NCBI RefSeq assembly: GCF_018350175.1
Contig: NC_058368.1
Span: 203,920,001-203,984,000, forward strand
DNA: 64,000 nucleotides
Direction of reading: 5' to 3'
Source of the DNA: Felis catus
Taxonomy: Eukaryota
The position numbers were made by a program, and so were the translations under genes. The notes beneath the pieces were generated by a model. It did no database searches, was not told the origin of the DNA, and saw only the letters and a list, made by a program, of their open reading frames with translations. Positions 23,628 to 36,560 of the stretch are shown one piece after another; within the stretch, counting starts at the first letter, position 1, and the number at the start of each line of letters is the position of its first letter.

Positions 23628-26600
23628 GTATTAAAAACAAGATAACCAGCCCAAAATGGAATCACCTATGCTAAGCCCCACATCTTCAAAATGAAAGTAC
23701 AGTTTTTACTCTTTCAGAAATGGAACCTTAAACCAGTCAATCAGGAATCACCTGATCAGTTCTAGTTAATTTGCCTGAGAGACCCTGCCATTCCCTAAAG
23801 GAAAGTAACTGCAATAACCAACCTGCTTTTTTGCCTGGCATAACTTCTCTGTTCCTGCTCCCTTCTGCCTATAAAAGTCTCATTTTGTACTGCTCCTTGG
23901 AGCCCTTTTTTTAATAGGTTTTTTGTGTTCTTTTTTTTTTTTTTTTTAATTGTTGAGAGAGAGACAGATCACAAGTGGAAAGGGGCAAGGAGAGAGGGAG
24001 AGATAGTATCAGATGCAGGCTCCAGGCTCTGAGCTGTCAGCACAGAGCCCAATGCAGGGCTCGAACCCACAGAACCGTGAGATTATGACCTGCCTTGGAG
24101 CTCTTTTTTTAATCTAGTGGTTTGCATGCTGCCCAATTCAAGTCAAATTTTGCTCAAATAAACTCTTGGAATTTTTAATATGCCTTAGCTTATCTCTTAC
24201 CAGTTCTAGTATCAGAAGAAGGAACCCAAGGAGACCCCAAATGACCCCCAGGAGCAATGAGCCAGCAGAAATAGGTACCTCTGGAGCTTCTGGAGCTTGC
24301 TTTCTCACTGCCTCTGGAAGTGGTGGCCAAGTCCCTCTCAGATCCTAGCTCTGCAGCTTTGCATTATGAGCTTTCAGACTTTATCTAAGCATTTCTTTTT
24401 CCAAACTGGGTCCAGAAACAGCAGACTTGGACTAGGTCCAACTTAAAAACTGGACTGGGCACACTTAAACTGCACTGGGTCAAGTGTGAGGCCTCCAGTG
24501 TATACAATTTTGTTTTAAGTCTGAACAAGCAGGTTAACCTTACCAAAGATAATCATGAATTACGGTGGCCACAGTGGAGAACTTCTAACCTGGATAAGTT
24601 TATCCACTTGAAAGTTTCCCTAGAACAAAAGGTGTCTCAGCCAAGGCAAAAGTGAGAATTATTTTTCCTCCTTTATGGTTTCTGGTGACCAGGATGAGAC
24701 CTGCTGGAACACCCCATCCACTCCAGAGCCTGGAGACAGGATCCTAGAAGACAGGCAGAAAGCCAGCAAAGGGTGAGAATTTCTACCAAACTCAACTCTC
24801 CCAGATCACCGTCTGTGATGACTGGTTGAGAGAGGAAGGTAAAATTTCACATTGTGCCTTCCTTTCCAAATTCAGGTTGGCGAGCAAAAAGTATTTGCCA
24901 AGAATTAGATCTTTGAAATGTGACTCATAATTTGCTCTCAAATAACCACCGGTTGTTCATCTTTTCTCTCCCAGGGAGCTGTCTCCTTCTCCTTTGTATT
25001 GTCTGTGTCCTTAGAATTTCACTTGGCAACCTTCAGGTTGGGGGCCACAAAAACACTGCCACACAGAAACATGGGTTGCGTGCCATTTGTGGCTAGATAT
25101 GGCTGGATGGAAATGTGGGTTGTACCCCATTTGCAGCTAGGGTCCTGCTGACTGTTGCCAGCTCTCAGGGGAATTATCTGAGTCTTTCTTTCACTTATCT
25201 TTGAGAGTGGCTCTGGATCTTGGGAGGGCAATATTTTTTGCACCCTCTTTGGGAATGCCACTTGTATCCAAGGGGTATATTCAATACTGCCAGGAATATT
25301 TACTGTTCATCCAGGCTGATAAGTAGTAGCTCGGTGGTCAGAAGTTGACCAAACTGGAAACTGATATTCAGAGCCTGATAGGAACTTTTTTTGAGGCTTT
25401 CTCCCCCAAGCTACAATGAACTGTGTATCCAGAGGGAAAGAAAAACATCCTGAAGCCTTTGAGGAAGGATTTACTAAAACTTTCCAAAGACACACCGCTC
25501 TACCTAGAACATAGTTATCTTCTGATTTTCATCTCAGTTGAAGATGTTTTCCCTGACATAAAGAAGTAAACTGAGGATAATCGAGTTGGATGGGAGGAGC
25601 AGCCTCTTGATAGTACTCAGGTTGCAACCCATTCTTTGAGAAATTAAAAACAATGGTACATCTCTAACAAATCGAGTTTTCACAAGAACAGAAATGAAGC
25701 TCTACAAACAATTCCAAGTCCACATCCCCTTTTTACCCATCCCAAAACCTCCCTATTCGTCTCAGAAGGCTTACAGATACTGTAAAGAGATCTGGATTTA
25801 GGGAATAAAAATCCCTCTTGGTGGAACTTGCATTCTTTCTCTGTGCCTTGAGATAGAAGTATACTACCTGGTCCTCTCCAGGAGCTAAGATAATTCTTAC
25901 CAGAAGGACAAGAAGGAAGGAAGGAAGGAAGGAAGGAAGGAAGGAAGGAAGGAAGGAAGGAAGGAAGGAAGGAAGGAAGGAAGGAAGGAAGGAAGGAAGG
26001 AAGGAAGGAAGGAAGAAAGGCTACTTTGAAAACCATGAAAATCTTAAAAGTCTCTGCCACAAATATTAGTAAAAGCTTTAGCCATATGAACAGGTAACTT
26101 ATTACATCTGCAGGAAACACAATTTGGATCCAACTCTTCTTTTATAAACTAGTGAGTTTTGCATTATTGTACTTGTCTCAGCGCTAAAATTTTACAACAA
26201 AAGCCCTCCTTATATCTATCTGTATGTTCGTGTGTATGTATGTATGTTATAGATGCGGGATTTGTTTTCTGCCTCTGGATGGTGCTACCAAAATTAATTT
26301 GTAAAGAGCTCTATTGAATTGGCTCAAAGACAAACAAGCATTTATATAAATCAAGTATACTCTCGGAAATGTAGAAACTAACCCAAATGTTTCTCAAGTT
26401 CAGGCAGCCGAGGATAATCTTAGGATAATCTTCAGTAAACAAGCTAGTTTAAGTTCGTTGCTTTAATTAAAACATGCACGTCGTTATCAGCTTTAAAAAT
26501 AATACTTTTATTGTACCTATGTTTACAAAAGCCAAATAAGTTTATCTGTCACAGAATCTGTCAGCAAGAAAGATAACTTAAAATGATGGTTAGCTGGTTA

Positions 26601-27230
26601 ATGTCTCATAAAATTTCATGACTAATCAAAACATAATTAAGAACAAGAAAATTTAATAGATGTAAGATAAAGTTTATAAATGAACTTTTTAACAATAACT
26701 ATGGTTTATAGTATGTGTACTTAGAGATAGTTTCAAAAATCTTTTTGGTAATTTGAAACATTAAGGGTATGTTGTGACAAGTTAAATGAAGGACATTTGT
26801 TGAATAGCTAGATCATTTGTAAATAAGATAAAATACTGAAACATTAATTACTGCACATAGGTTTATCCACTTTTGACTTCCTTTGACAGAAGACCTCAGA
26901 TATTTGAGTCTATAGGACACCTGGGTAGCTCAGTTGGTTAAGCATCTGACTCTTGGTTTCGGCTCAGGTCATGATTTCATGGTTTCGTGAGTTCAAGCCC
27001 CGCATTGGGCTCCATGTTGAATGTGCAGAGCATGCTTGGGATTCTCTCTCTCCCTCTCTCTCTCTGCCCCTCACCCACTCGTGCTGTCTCTATCTCAAAA
27101 TAAATAAGCTTCAAAAACAATTTTTAAGATATTTGAGTATAAATAAATAAATATGTTTTGTGCCACATTGAAAATTTTACTGTAAGGAAGAACATACTTC
27201 TAGAAATTACAAAATGTATGGATAAATATG
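23628..27230 (+). mobile_element. ERV1 (MER34/MER4-group-like) 5' LTR (23628-24202), PBS and non-coding internal region, 3'-truncated
   Basis: LTR with TATA (ctataaaa, about 23869) and aataaa ending in ..cca; degenerate Leu-tRNA PBS tagtatcagaag; paralogous to 52890-53962; contains SINEs at 23915-24093 (-, TSD cttggagcyctttttt) and 26915-27125 (+). Confidence 0.75.
25912..26015. repeat. (GGAA)n microsatellite, about 25 units
   Basis: Seen directly. Confidence 0.97.
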
Positions 27231-29819
27231 GCTAGAATTAAGGGCCATTGTCCCATAGCCACTTCAGCTTCTATCTGTATTAAAATAAAATAGTCAAGAT
27301 GCTCTGTTGGGTCAGGGTACAGACCCTTTCCCAATGCTGGGTTCTAGCATTATCCAGCATTATTTGTTGAATCTGCCTGATCTACTCTGCTAAAGTTTCA
27401 TCTTTCCAGGCTGATTTCCATTCTCTGTCTTATCCCTAAAGAGAATTCCCTCTAATCTACTTATTCTAGCTAACAAATCCTTTCCTCCAAATGCTGCTCC
27501 TCATTAAAAGCAAATTCACTTTGTCCCAGGATACCTAGACTGGCACTTGTTTCCACGGAATCCCTTTTCTGTCTTGCAGGCCAATGCTATTTAATTCACC
27601 ATGTATGTTGTTGCCATTAGGAACTAATGTCTTGAGTGCAGTTAATATGTATGTTTTGCACCCACAAATGTTCAGTCCCTCATACTAGAGTTACATGAAT
27701 GGTATTCACACCTACATAAGGTCTCTAATGACCTTTGCCATCTCAATGTGGGGACATTACCCAGGAGATCTAGGATCTACACATGATGTTCACTGCTTTA
27801 ATCCCATCAGGAATCTATTGTTTTTCCCTATTTTGCTTAATAGCTTTCCATCCAGAAAACAAAGGTGATGCGCAGGCATGGTGGGCATGCTGCCATTATA
27901 TTTTGTCCATTATAACCAGGGACTTTTCTAAGCATTTGATCACATCAAGGTTATACTGACACAGTGTCTGGCTGACTATCATACCCCACAGATTTTGAAA
28001 TAGCAATAGGAAGCAGTTCTCAGAAATTCCTTCCCAAATGATAGCCTCTGTATTAGATATAACCTGAAAAATGGAAGTCAAAAGATTAAAATTTCTACCT
28101 TTGGAAGGTTTAGCCCCTATGCTATTCCAAATTGCTAGCAGCAATACTAGACAAGCAAATGCTTTCCTCCCAGTTCACTCCCATTCACACAGGGTAGGGT
28201 TACCCAGGTACAGAACTAGTGAGCTGTCCCAACTAGGCAACACAGCAGTTATTCAACCATCAGCCCCACGTTTTCCAGATGGCGTAAACGCAACCCACCT
28301 CCCCCAATCAGGCCTTTAGGAATTCTGGCACAAAGGTTCAAAGGTATAGTTACAAGTTACTTGCTTAGGAATCATCCCTGCTTCTGTCACCCTGGACTGG
28401 AACCACTGCATCAGAAATTAAAAAGCAAAAGTTGAAGTGATACAGGTAAAAAATGTACAGAATCTATCTGGTGGAGTAGTCCTTACCCCTCTCACGTGGG
28501 GATATAAGCACACGTTCGTGTAAACCAGCCCTTTATACCCATATCTCCCCACCTCCCATTTGGAACAGAAAATTTTTCAACTGCCCATTCCAATTCTTTA
28601 TTAGACCACTACTCTGAGGATGATATGAAACATGATTATGTCCATTTGATATGATAGCTCTTTACCCACTGTTGGATACCATGGAATATAAAGTGTGTTG
28701 CTTAGTCAAAAGAAATGTAACTCAGCAGCCCAAACTGGTGCAGTTATCTTCTGTTCCAAACCTTCAATAGTATTTTGAGCATCTGCACCTTTCACCAAGT
28801 ATGCAAATCCCATATGGATTTTGATAGGTAAGTGTCCATACCTTTCAGGACCCATTTACTGCCCCCTGGGCTACGTGCATTGGTCCAATATAATCTACCT
28901 GCCAGTTATGTGTGGGGCATCCCTCCAGGAATCCTCCTCACAGGCATCTGAAATCTCTGTTTCTCTTGTTGACATGACAGTTCTTGTTAGTATTTTGTGT
29001 CTCAGAGGGTACAAGACGAATATGTCTAGGCTCAGCCTCTCTGTGCATTGCTGCAGTCCACACTATGTCTACTCAATTCATGAATCCAGGCAGCCACTTC
29101 AAGAGAGTGTACCAAAAAGTCTACTTGATGGCTCCCATCACCTTCTGAACCTGGAAAGCAGTTCTTCTGATGGGCATAGACATGTCTTACTTCACTGCAT
29201 CCCTCAAACTTCCATAGTGATTTCCACAGAGCTGTGCCCCATAAGGGCACCCCTGCAGTAGGTCAGGTTCCCACTTTCCTCTTGCCTAATCATATGGCCA
29301 AGCCATCATCCATGAGTCAATAAAAAAACAAAACAAAAACAAAAACCATCGGTGCTTTTGTCATTGTTCAATTCTTCTATCACTGCTAGAAAAAGAGCAT
29401 GCAATTCAGCCCACTGAGATGATTTGTTTTTACCTTTTTCAGCCAGAGTGGTGGCATTCCAAATAGGATGCCATCCATTTACCTTGGAACTGCCATTCAC
29501 AAACCAAACAGCTCTTTGTTGGTCAGTCTAGAACTGTTTATGGGGCACTGAGTGACAATTCCAAATTCAGCCCTAGGGAAAAGAGGCTCCCTGCTTATGA
29601 GTATCTCCTCTCCACATTCTTTTGGTAGTATGATCTAGTATAAACCATTTCCATTTTAGTATGGAACTCTCTCAGCACTGTCCTCCCCATTAGAGTGCTT
29701 TTTCAACATCATCCAAAACATCATGGGTATTTCAGATTTCAAAATTACTTTATATCCCTCAGTCATAAGAGTAGTTTCAATTAATAGTTGGCCACAAGCT
29801 AGCAATTGCTTTTCAGCTG

Positions 29820-30188
29820 GTATAATGAACTGAATATTTGTTTCCCCCAAAACTCCTATGGTGAAACCCTACCTCTCAGTGTAATGACATATAGGAGGTG
29901 GAGCCTTTGGGAAGTAATTATGATTAGATGAGGTCATCTCATGAATGGATTGGTGCCCTTATATGAGTCACGAGAAAGCTTGCTTCCTTTCTCTACTCTC
30001 TGCCATGTTCAGATACAACAAGAAATTGGCAATCTGCAACCTGAAAGAGGATCCTCACCAGAATTTGACCGTGCTGGCTCCCTGATCTCTGACTCATAGC
30101 CTCCTGAAGTATGAAAAAAAAATTCTGTTGCTTTTCAAGCCACTCAGTCTATGGCACTGTGTTACAGCAGCCCAAACAGACTAAGACA
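29820..30188 (+). mobile_element. MLT1A/B-like solo LTR inside ERVL pol
   Basis: actgaatatttgtttccccc...gttacagcagcccaaacagactaagaca. Confidence 0.85.
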
Positions 30189-30499
30189 AATGAAAATTCT
30201 CTGGTCCTAGTTGTCAATGTTGGGAGGCACTCATAAGCTTCTGCCTTAAGCCCCAGTCTACACTCCATTCAGACAATTTGTCTATGCCAGCACTCCAGCT
30301 ACTATTCTACACTGCGTGGGCTCAGGGAATCTTGTTGGCTCCCATTTAGCATGTCCAGGTAATATTGCCTGAAAGGTAGATTTACATGTCTTCTATTTTA
30401 CAGGAACAGCTCTCCAATCACACACAATGTCCATCCCCAAAAGACATTCAGGTAAAAGAGACACAACTACTTCAAACATCCCTCATGTTCCTTTGATAC

Positions 30500-30645
30500 C
30501 CAATTTTTGTTGAGGGTTTTTAATCACGAAAGGATGTTGTATTTTGCCAAATGCTTTCTCTGCATCTATTGAGATAATCATATGATTTTTATCTTTCATT
30601 CTATTAATGGCATGTATCACATTTATTGATTTGCCTATGTTGATG
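30500..30645 (-). mobile_element. Short L1 ORF2 (RT region) fragment inside the ERVL
   Basis: aatgctttctctgcatctattgagat.atcatatg is the antisense of [12 protein letters not shown]. Confidence 0.85.
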
Positions 30646-32050
30646 GCGTATGGCTTTTAAAATTTCTACACACTAAGGTATATACAAGAGATTAGTTTAC
30701 AGCACTTTAATGTTGGAGGATCAGCAAGGGATCCCTTTGATCCACCCAAAGCATAGTGCTATTATTAGCACCTTTGTTTCAACCCTATTTAACTCATCCC
30801 ATTTCATAATAACCATCTAAAGATTTTCACTCTGCAGGGATGAGTTTCTTAAATCTTGCCTTTCTTTACCTCTTTATTTTGCCCCTATCAATATTTGCTC
30901 TATTTACCCCATTTCTTAATAACCATTTAAAATTTCCCATTCTGCTAAGACAAGTCCCTTGACTCTCTCCTCAGCCTCTGCAGTCTCTTGTTAAGTAATC
31001 TAATGTTTTTATTAGCATGTGTGAGACCCAGCAGGGGAAGCTGAGACAACAAATTCAATAAGACTTCCTAGACTGTTGCTGATTTTGCAGCAGTAAGGTT
31101 ACATGGGATACCCATGCAAAAGAGACCAAAAGGGACCTGGATAACAGGCATATTCAGTTAGTTAATTTCCTGATTATCATGATGCCAATCCCATATGGCT
31201 TGCATATGAAACATATAAGCTGCTTTATCTGGGGTGTTCCACTTGGCATTTATAGAGAAAGTCAGTCAGTGTCTGTTCTCAGAGTTACCAGACCTTACAG
31301 TGACTGTTCCCTTCGGAATAAACTTATGTATGTCTGGATCAGCGACAGCCATCTGTGATTGTTCTGCAGTGAGCTGTGGGTTCTGCATCAGTCCAAACAT
31401 GCTCTTCCAGTGCAGAGCATTGAATCCAAAAGAAACTACACTGTTCTTAATTAGCCACCCTCACAATCCATTTTGGTAAATATTCTTCAGGAAGCTGATG
31501 ATATCAATCCACAAAATGAGACAACTCTTTTATACCATACCCCCTTGGTTTCAATAATTTCTTGCTTTTGCCCTCCCCTACACAGACTACCTTCTTAGTG
31601 CCAGAGGTATTAAAGGTACTCTTGTTGTCCTATATAATTTTTCACTTTGGGAGCTGCTTTTGAGGCTATTGGTCAAAACTCAAACTAACCAAAATCTGAG
31701 CTTGTTCCAGCATCAAGATCCGACCCAGCACTCTCTTACTTTCATATTAGCTATTACAGATAACAATAATCAAGGGACTGTATGTTTTGGTTTCTTCCTT
31801 ATTGATTTGCTTTTCCCTATGCATCCAGTGAACCAACTCCCTTGGAGTTGGATCTATCTCTAAATTCCATTGGTAAGCTTTACCTTTAGTAAATGGTTGC
31901 AGCACAGTTGCTGATCCATACCATAGGTCACTATGTGGCCACCCAAGAATCAAAGGTTCCTTATCCTGTGTCTAATCATCCTTTCTCTTCCTAAACCACA
32001 AGTTTCCATGAGCCAGGACTAGTCCAGCCAGTCCCACTCCTGACACCAAA

Positions 32051-32830
32051 TGAGTGGCTTTTCCTCATATCAACCAATTCTCCAACTTTCCAACATCAAC
32101 AAGGTGTCCTAAAATTTAATTCTGAAACTATCTACCCCGAGCCTGAGTCAGACTCTACATGTTTAAGGCTCATTACACAAGACTACCCTCACTTCAGACA
32201 CCACTTCAGACATCAGGTCCCCAAGTTACCACACAGGTTACAAAGCTGTCCAACTCAGCTACAAAGTCAGGAGTTCCCACAATCCCTGGCCCCAATTTAA
32301 TAACTTTCCAGAATGACTCACAGAACTCAGAAAAATGCCATACTTAGTATTACTGTTTATTTTAAATGATATAAATGAACAGCCAGATAAAGAGGTACAT
32401 ACAGCTGGGTCCAGAAGGGTCCAGAGTATAGGGGCCTCTGTCCCCATGGAGTTGGATGCACCACCTCCTGGCACATGGATATGTTTGCCAATTCAGAAGC
32501 TCCTTGAATCCCATGATTTAGAGGCTTTTATAGAGGTTTCATTGCATAGCCATGATTATATGGCCTATCGTGATTAATTCAATCTCCAGCCCCTCTCCTT
32601 TCCCCAGAGGTTGGGGGATGGGGATGAAAGTTCCAACCTTTTAATCAAGACTTGATCTTTTTGGTGACCAGCCCCCATCCTAAAGCTATCTAAGGGGCCA
32701 CCAAGAGTCACCTCATTAGAACAAAAGATATTCCTATCACTCTTTATTACTCAGGGAATTCCTAGCATTTTAAGAACCCTATACCAGGAACCCAGGGATA
32801 AAGGCCAAATATCTTTCTTCTTATGCCACA
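32051..32830 (-). mobile_element. MER21C-like ERVL 5' LTR, full length
   Basis: Reverse complement starts TGTGGCATAAGAAGAAAGATATTTGGCC..CCTGGTATAGGGTTCTTAAAA and ends CA just before the PBS. Confidence 0.9.
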
Positions 32831-34130
32831 CAGAGAGACCAAAAAAGAAAGCTGAGAGGAGATATACATAAATGAGGAAGGAAACTAGTAGAGTGTATTA
32901 TCCTGAAGGCAGGTGAAGAAAGGGTTTCAAGAAAGAGGGAGTGACTATGTAAAAAGTCTCTGATGGCACAAGAAAATTGAAGATGAGTAAATGACCACTA
33001 GATAAAACAGTAAACACATGACTGGTGACCTTGATAACTATTTCTCTGGAGTAGAGGGGATGAAAGTTCATTTTGAGCAAGTTCAAGAGAAAGTGGAAGA
33101 AAATTTATGGATCATGCTGTCCACAAGAGAGATTTGGGGGTTTAGTTTGTTTTCATTTTTAAGACAGGAGATGTTATCAGCATGTTGCTTTGTTGATGGG
33201 AATAATCAAGGGGGGGAATTGGTAATTCAAAAGAGAAAATAGAAAATTACTGGCACTCTGTCTCTGAGTAGAGGAGAGGGCATGGGAGCTAGAATACATG
33301 AAGAGGAGTCAGCCTTATCTAGGACCAGAGATGGGCATCCATAGTAACAGGAAGGAATGCTAGTTGAAGTGAAACAAGTGTCTTCAAACTGTTTATTTTC
33401 TCAGATGAAAAGGGAAAATCATTAGCTGAAAGCACAGGACAGAGAGAGTGTTGGACGTTTAAACAGAGAAAAGTTACAAAATGCTTTACACAGGGATTCT
33501 CAATTGGCACTATAGACATTCAAGGCAAGATCATTCTTTGGGGGGACAGGGAGCACTATTTGTGCATCATAGAACATTTAGCAGAATCCCTGATCTCCAC
33601 CCACTAGACACCAGTAGCACTCCCTCCTCCAAGCTGTGACAACCAAAAACATCTCCAGCCATTCCCAATGCCCTGTGGCTCTGGGAGGGGTTGCACAAAT
33701 CACCCCTGGTTGAGAACCACTGCTTCCACTAGGAGACAGAGAGAATGAATGGATTAGAGAAATGTAAACAGATTGTGGTCATCCTGAGGCTCACTTGAGG
33801 TTAGTGGTCACGGATTGAAAACGAGGCCACTCAGCTTGCTTATGTGTGTTTTTCCAGCCATGTTCAGCTGCACAGGATCAGAGCAGACAAGTAGTTAGTA
33901 CGAGAAGTCAGAAAGGGGCAAAGAGCTGAAGGTGTAAGTAAGTGATTATAATGATAGACTGTTAGTCAGATAAGGAGGAAAGAAGGGATATGAGAGTGGG
34001 AGGGACAAAGAAAGATGATGGAACAAGAGATCGCAGACCCAGAAAAATGTAGGTGTCTGGGTACCAGAGGGTGTGAACTGGCAAATTACCAGTAATGATC
34101 AGGGAGAGAGATGCTTAAAACTCACTTATT
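32831..34130 (-). mobile_element. L2 (continuation after the provirus), containing MER20
   Basis: Purine-rich L2 antisense sequence colinear with 22030-23458. Confidence 0.7.
33491..33722. mobile_element. MER20 (hAT-Charlie MITE)
   Basis: TIRs cagggattctcaa ... ttgagaaccactg; ccactagacaccagtagcac..tgtgacaaccaaaaa core. Confidence 0.9.
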
Positions 34131-36307
34131 CGTAACTATTTCAAGTTATTACTGCAATCATCTACAGAGATTATTATACATATATATGTAATTGTTATAG
34201 TCATCCTGTAATTTTGAGAAATCTTTAACTCCATGAAGTGTCCCATTATTGGAACTAGAAAAGTGTAAAATTCAAATCTCCTACAGAGTTTATCTGTAGA
34301 AATCACAGCCTGATAAAGTTGACTGAGGTGAGTTTTCCATTTTATTTGCCAATATTTCTATCTCAAAAAGTGAAGGCAGCAGGATTCCAGCTTGCTACAA
34401 GTTCGAAGACTGGCATGATATTTCGCTTGCTTACTTGTGAGAAAACTTGAGGCGAAAGGTATTTTTTTTCCCTCAGAAAAGGGGCTACGAAGCTTGTGGA
34501 AATCAAAGCAGCTACACAAACCTTTTATTATTAGAATAATGACCTTGACATTCAATAGCCTTCGGGGAACATTTAACCTGGTCTTTGATTTTGGCACTTT
34601 TAGCTACTTTGAAATTAAGTCGAACAATATAGAAGAAAAAAAGAATAGAGAACCAGAGACGAAATAAGGTCATACGCCGATTTCCCTTTTCAGGTACGGC
34701 TGAAAGAAACAGAAGATCAAAGCAAGCTTTCCTTAAGCTCTAACTAATGTTCCACCCTCTGCTTCTGAAGAAAAATGTGTTTTTCTGTGGTGTTAGGATA
34801 AATCTAAAACACTATCATTTTTAGCATGAAACACTAAGTAACCGCTTTGCCAAAAAGAGTCACCCTATGCAACAACCATCTAAGTTTGTTTTAATAATCC
34901 TCAGATACCAACTACCACTATGTCAGCCTCCTCAGTGCACCACTACAATTATCTGTTGTTTAAAATAGATGTCCTCAGTACGTTATCTAAGTGAACAAAA
35001 GCATAAACATTTCAACTATCAAATCATCAGAACTGCTTAGGCAAGCATAAGTATCTCCTGGCTCCAAAGTATCCCTTATGGATTTTTTTTTTTTTTCCCT
35101 GTGACTCTCTCTGCTGTTGCAATGATAGCAGACCCATGCTGAGATAATGAATTTACGGATCTTCTTTTTATAGTTTAAGCGCTTTTCATTTCTGAGGAAG
35201 TGGAGGTTTATTTCCAGGTAGTGGTACGTTTTAATGCAGTTCAAATACAGGAGAAACAAGATGTTTAGCAAATGAGGAATATAATAAGTAAATGAGACCA
35301 ATAAATAAATTAAATTCAGAGATTCACACCTCTCTAATTGGATTGCATTAGAGAAGGCAAAAGGTGATTGCTCTTTCTATATACTTCCTGTGACTGGTAC
35401 TTTTCTCACTTTCACCAGGAAACTGACCTGTCCAAGCCCCGTGTTAATATTCCAAACGGTCCTTTGGTTTTGCATAGTGAAGAACCACTCCAGGGTTACG
35501 TTCAGCTCAGTGACTAAGCAGCTGGTTTAGAACTTTTCCCTCGCTGAGGCTCCATCTTCACATCACACAAGACCACTGATTCTGTCTTGACTCACAAAGG
35601 TGACTGACATACCGTAGAGGATTACAGAAAAATACAAGAGAAACCAAGTCCTCTTCCAGCTTCTTTTGGTGAGATCATTTCTTCTGGATCGGTATCAGAT
35701 TCCATGTAATACTGTCCATTTCTGAGATCTTTCTTTTTCCCTCCACAGAAGGCCTCTCAACTGTCACACTGACAAGTCGGCCTTTTTCTGATGTCCCTAA
35801 GTGCCTGCACTCCCAAGGACTCCGATAAGAACTGGAGATGAGTGACTAGGTTAACTGATAAAACTGCTAATTAAAGCCCTGTTTTCAACACTCCTGAAAG
35901 ATTAACCAACTGGGCCAAAATTCAGAACACTGAGGAAGTTTTACTTTTAACAGTGTAAAGCCTTTGGTAAACAAAAGGCTTTAACAATTTCAAAGAAAGT
36001 AATGTCAAGAAATTTCCAAAGACGTTTTTCCCTCCCAAGAGGTATACAAATGAAACAATTCAGGCAAAGCTCCATAAGGGGTTCCTTCCTTGTGAATGCT
36101 GTCCCTTGGCAAGAAAGCACAGGAATTGATCAACTGGACATTTATGTATCATTGTGCTGCCACAGTGACAGCAACTCAGATATAGAAATCTGGTTTTCTT
36201 TAAAAAGTAATAATAAATCTAATCTAACAATTTTTATTTTCAAACTTGTGAGAAAGGAAAAAAGAAATTGTATTTCTGACTTTCTCAGTCAGATACTGTC
36301 AGAGACC

Positions 36308-36560
36308 TGGTATAATGCGGTGGTTTAGAGTGTGGACTCAGCAGCCTAAAGCCTGACTTTGGATCCTACTTCTGCCACTTCCTCACTGGGTCAGCTCGAC
36401 CTGGTTACCTGACTTCTCTACGCCTCAGTTGTCCCATCTGGAAAACTGGGAAGACAGTAATCGTACCTACCTCATAGCGTTGTAGTGAGGAATAAATGAA
36501 TTAAATCTACCAAGTACTTAGAAGTGTATGAGACACATAATCACATAGTGTGTCTTATTC
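36308..36560 (+). mobile_element. MIR
   Basis: tctgccactt...gcctcagtt..cccatctggaaaactggg..gtacctacctcatag.gttgt.gtgagga core. Confidence 0.9.

Larger units (their letters stand above)
27230..32050 (-). mobile_element. ERVL internal region (MER21-int-like) with decayed pol
   Basis: PBS tggtgtcaggagtggg (tRNA-Leu) next to the 5' LTR; remnant peptides AEKQLLAC..LIET (tether), NGSS..KSSQWAELHAL and HVYAHQK (RNase H), WQVDYIGP (integrase core, about 28875-28905); many stops and frameshifts. Confidence 0.85.

Noticed and set aside
25680..26120. 146-aa ORF with LPSF repeats
   Set aside because: Translation of the (GGAA)n microsatellite
28821..29850. Retroviral pol peptides as a possible domesticated gene
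   Set aside because: Fragmented by stops, frameshifts and an MLT1 insertion
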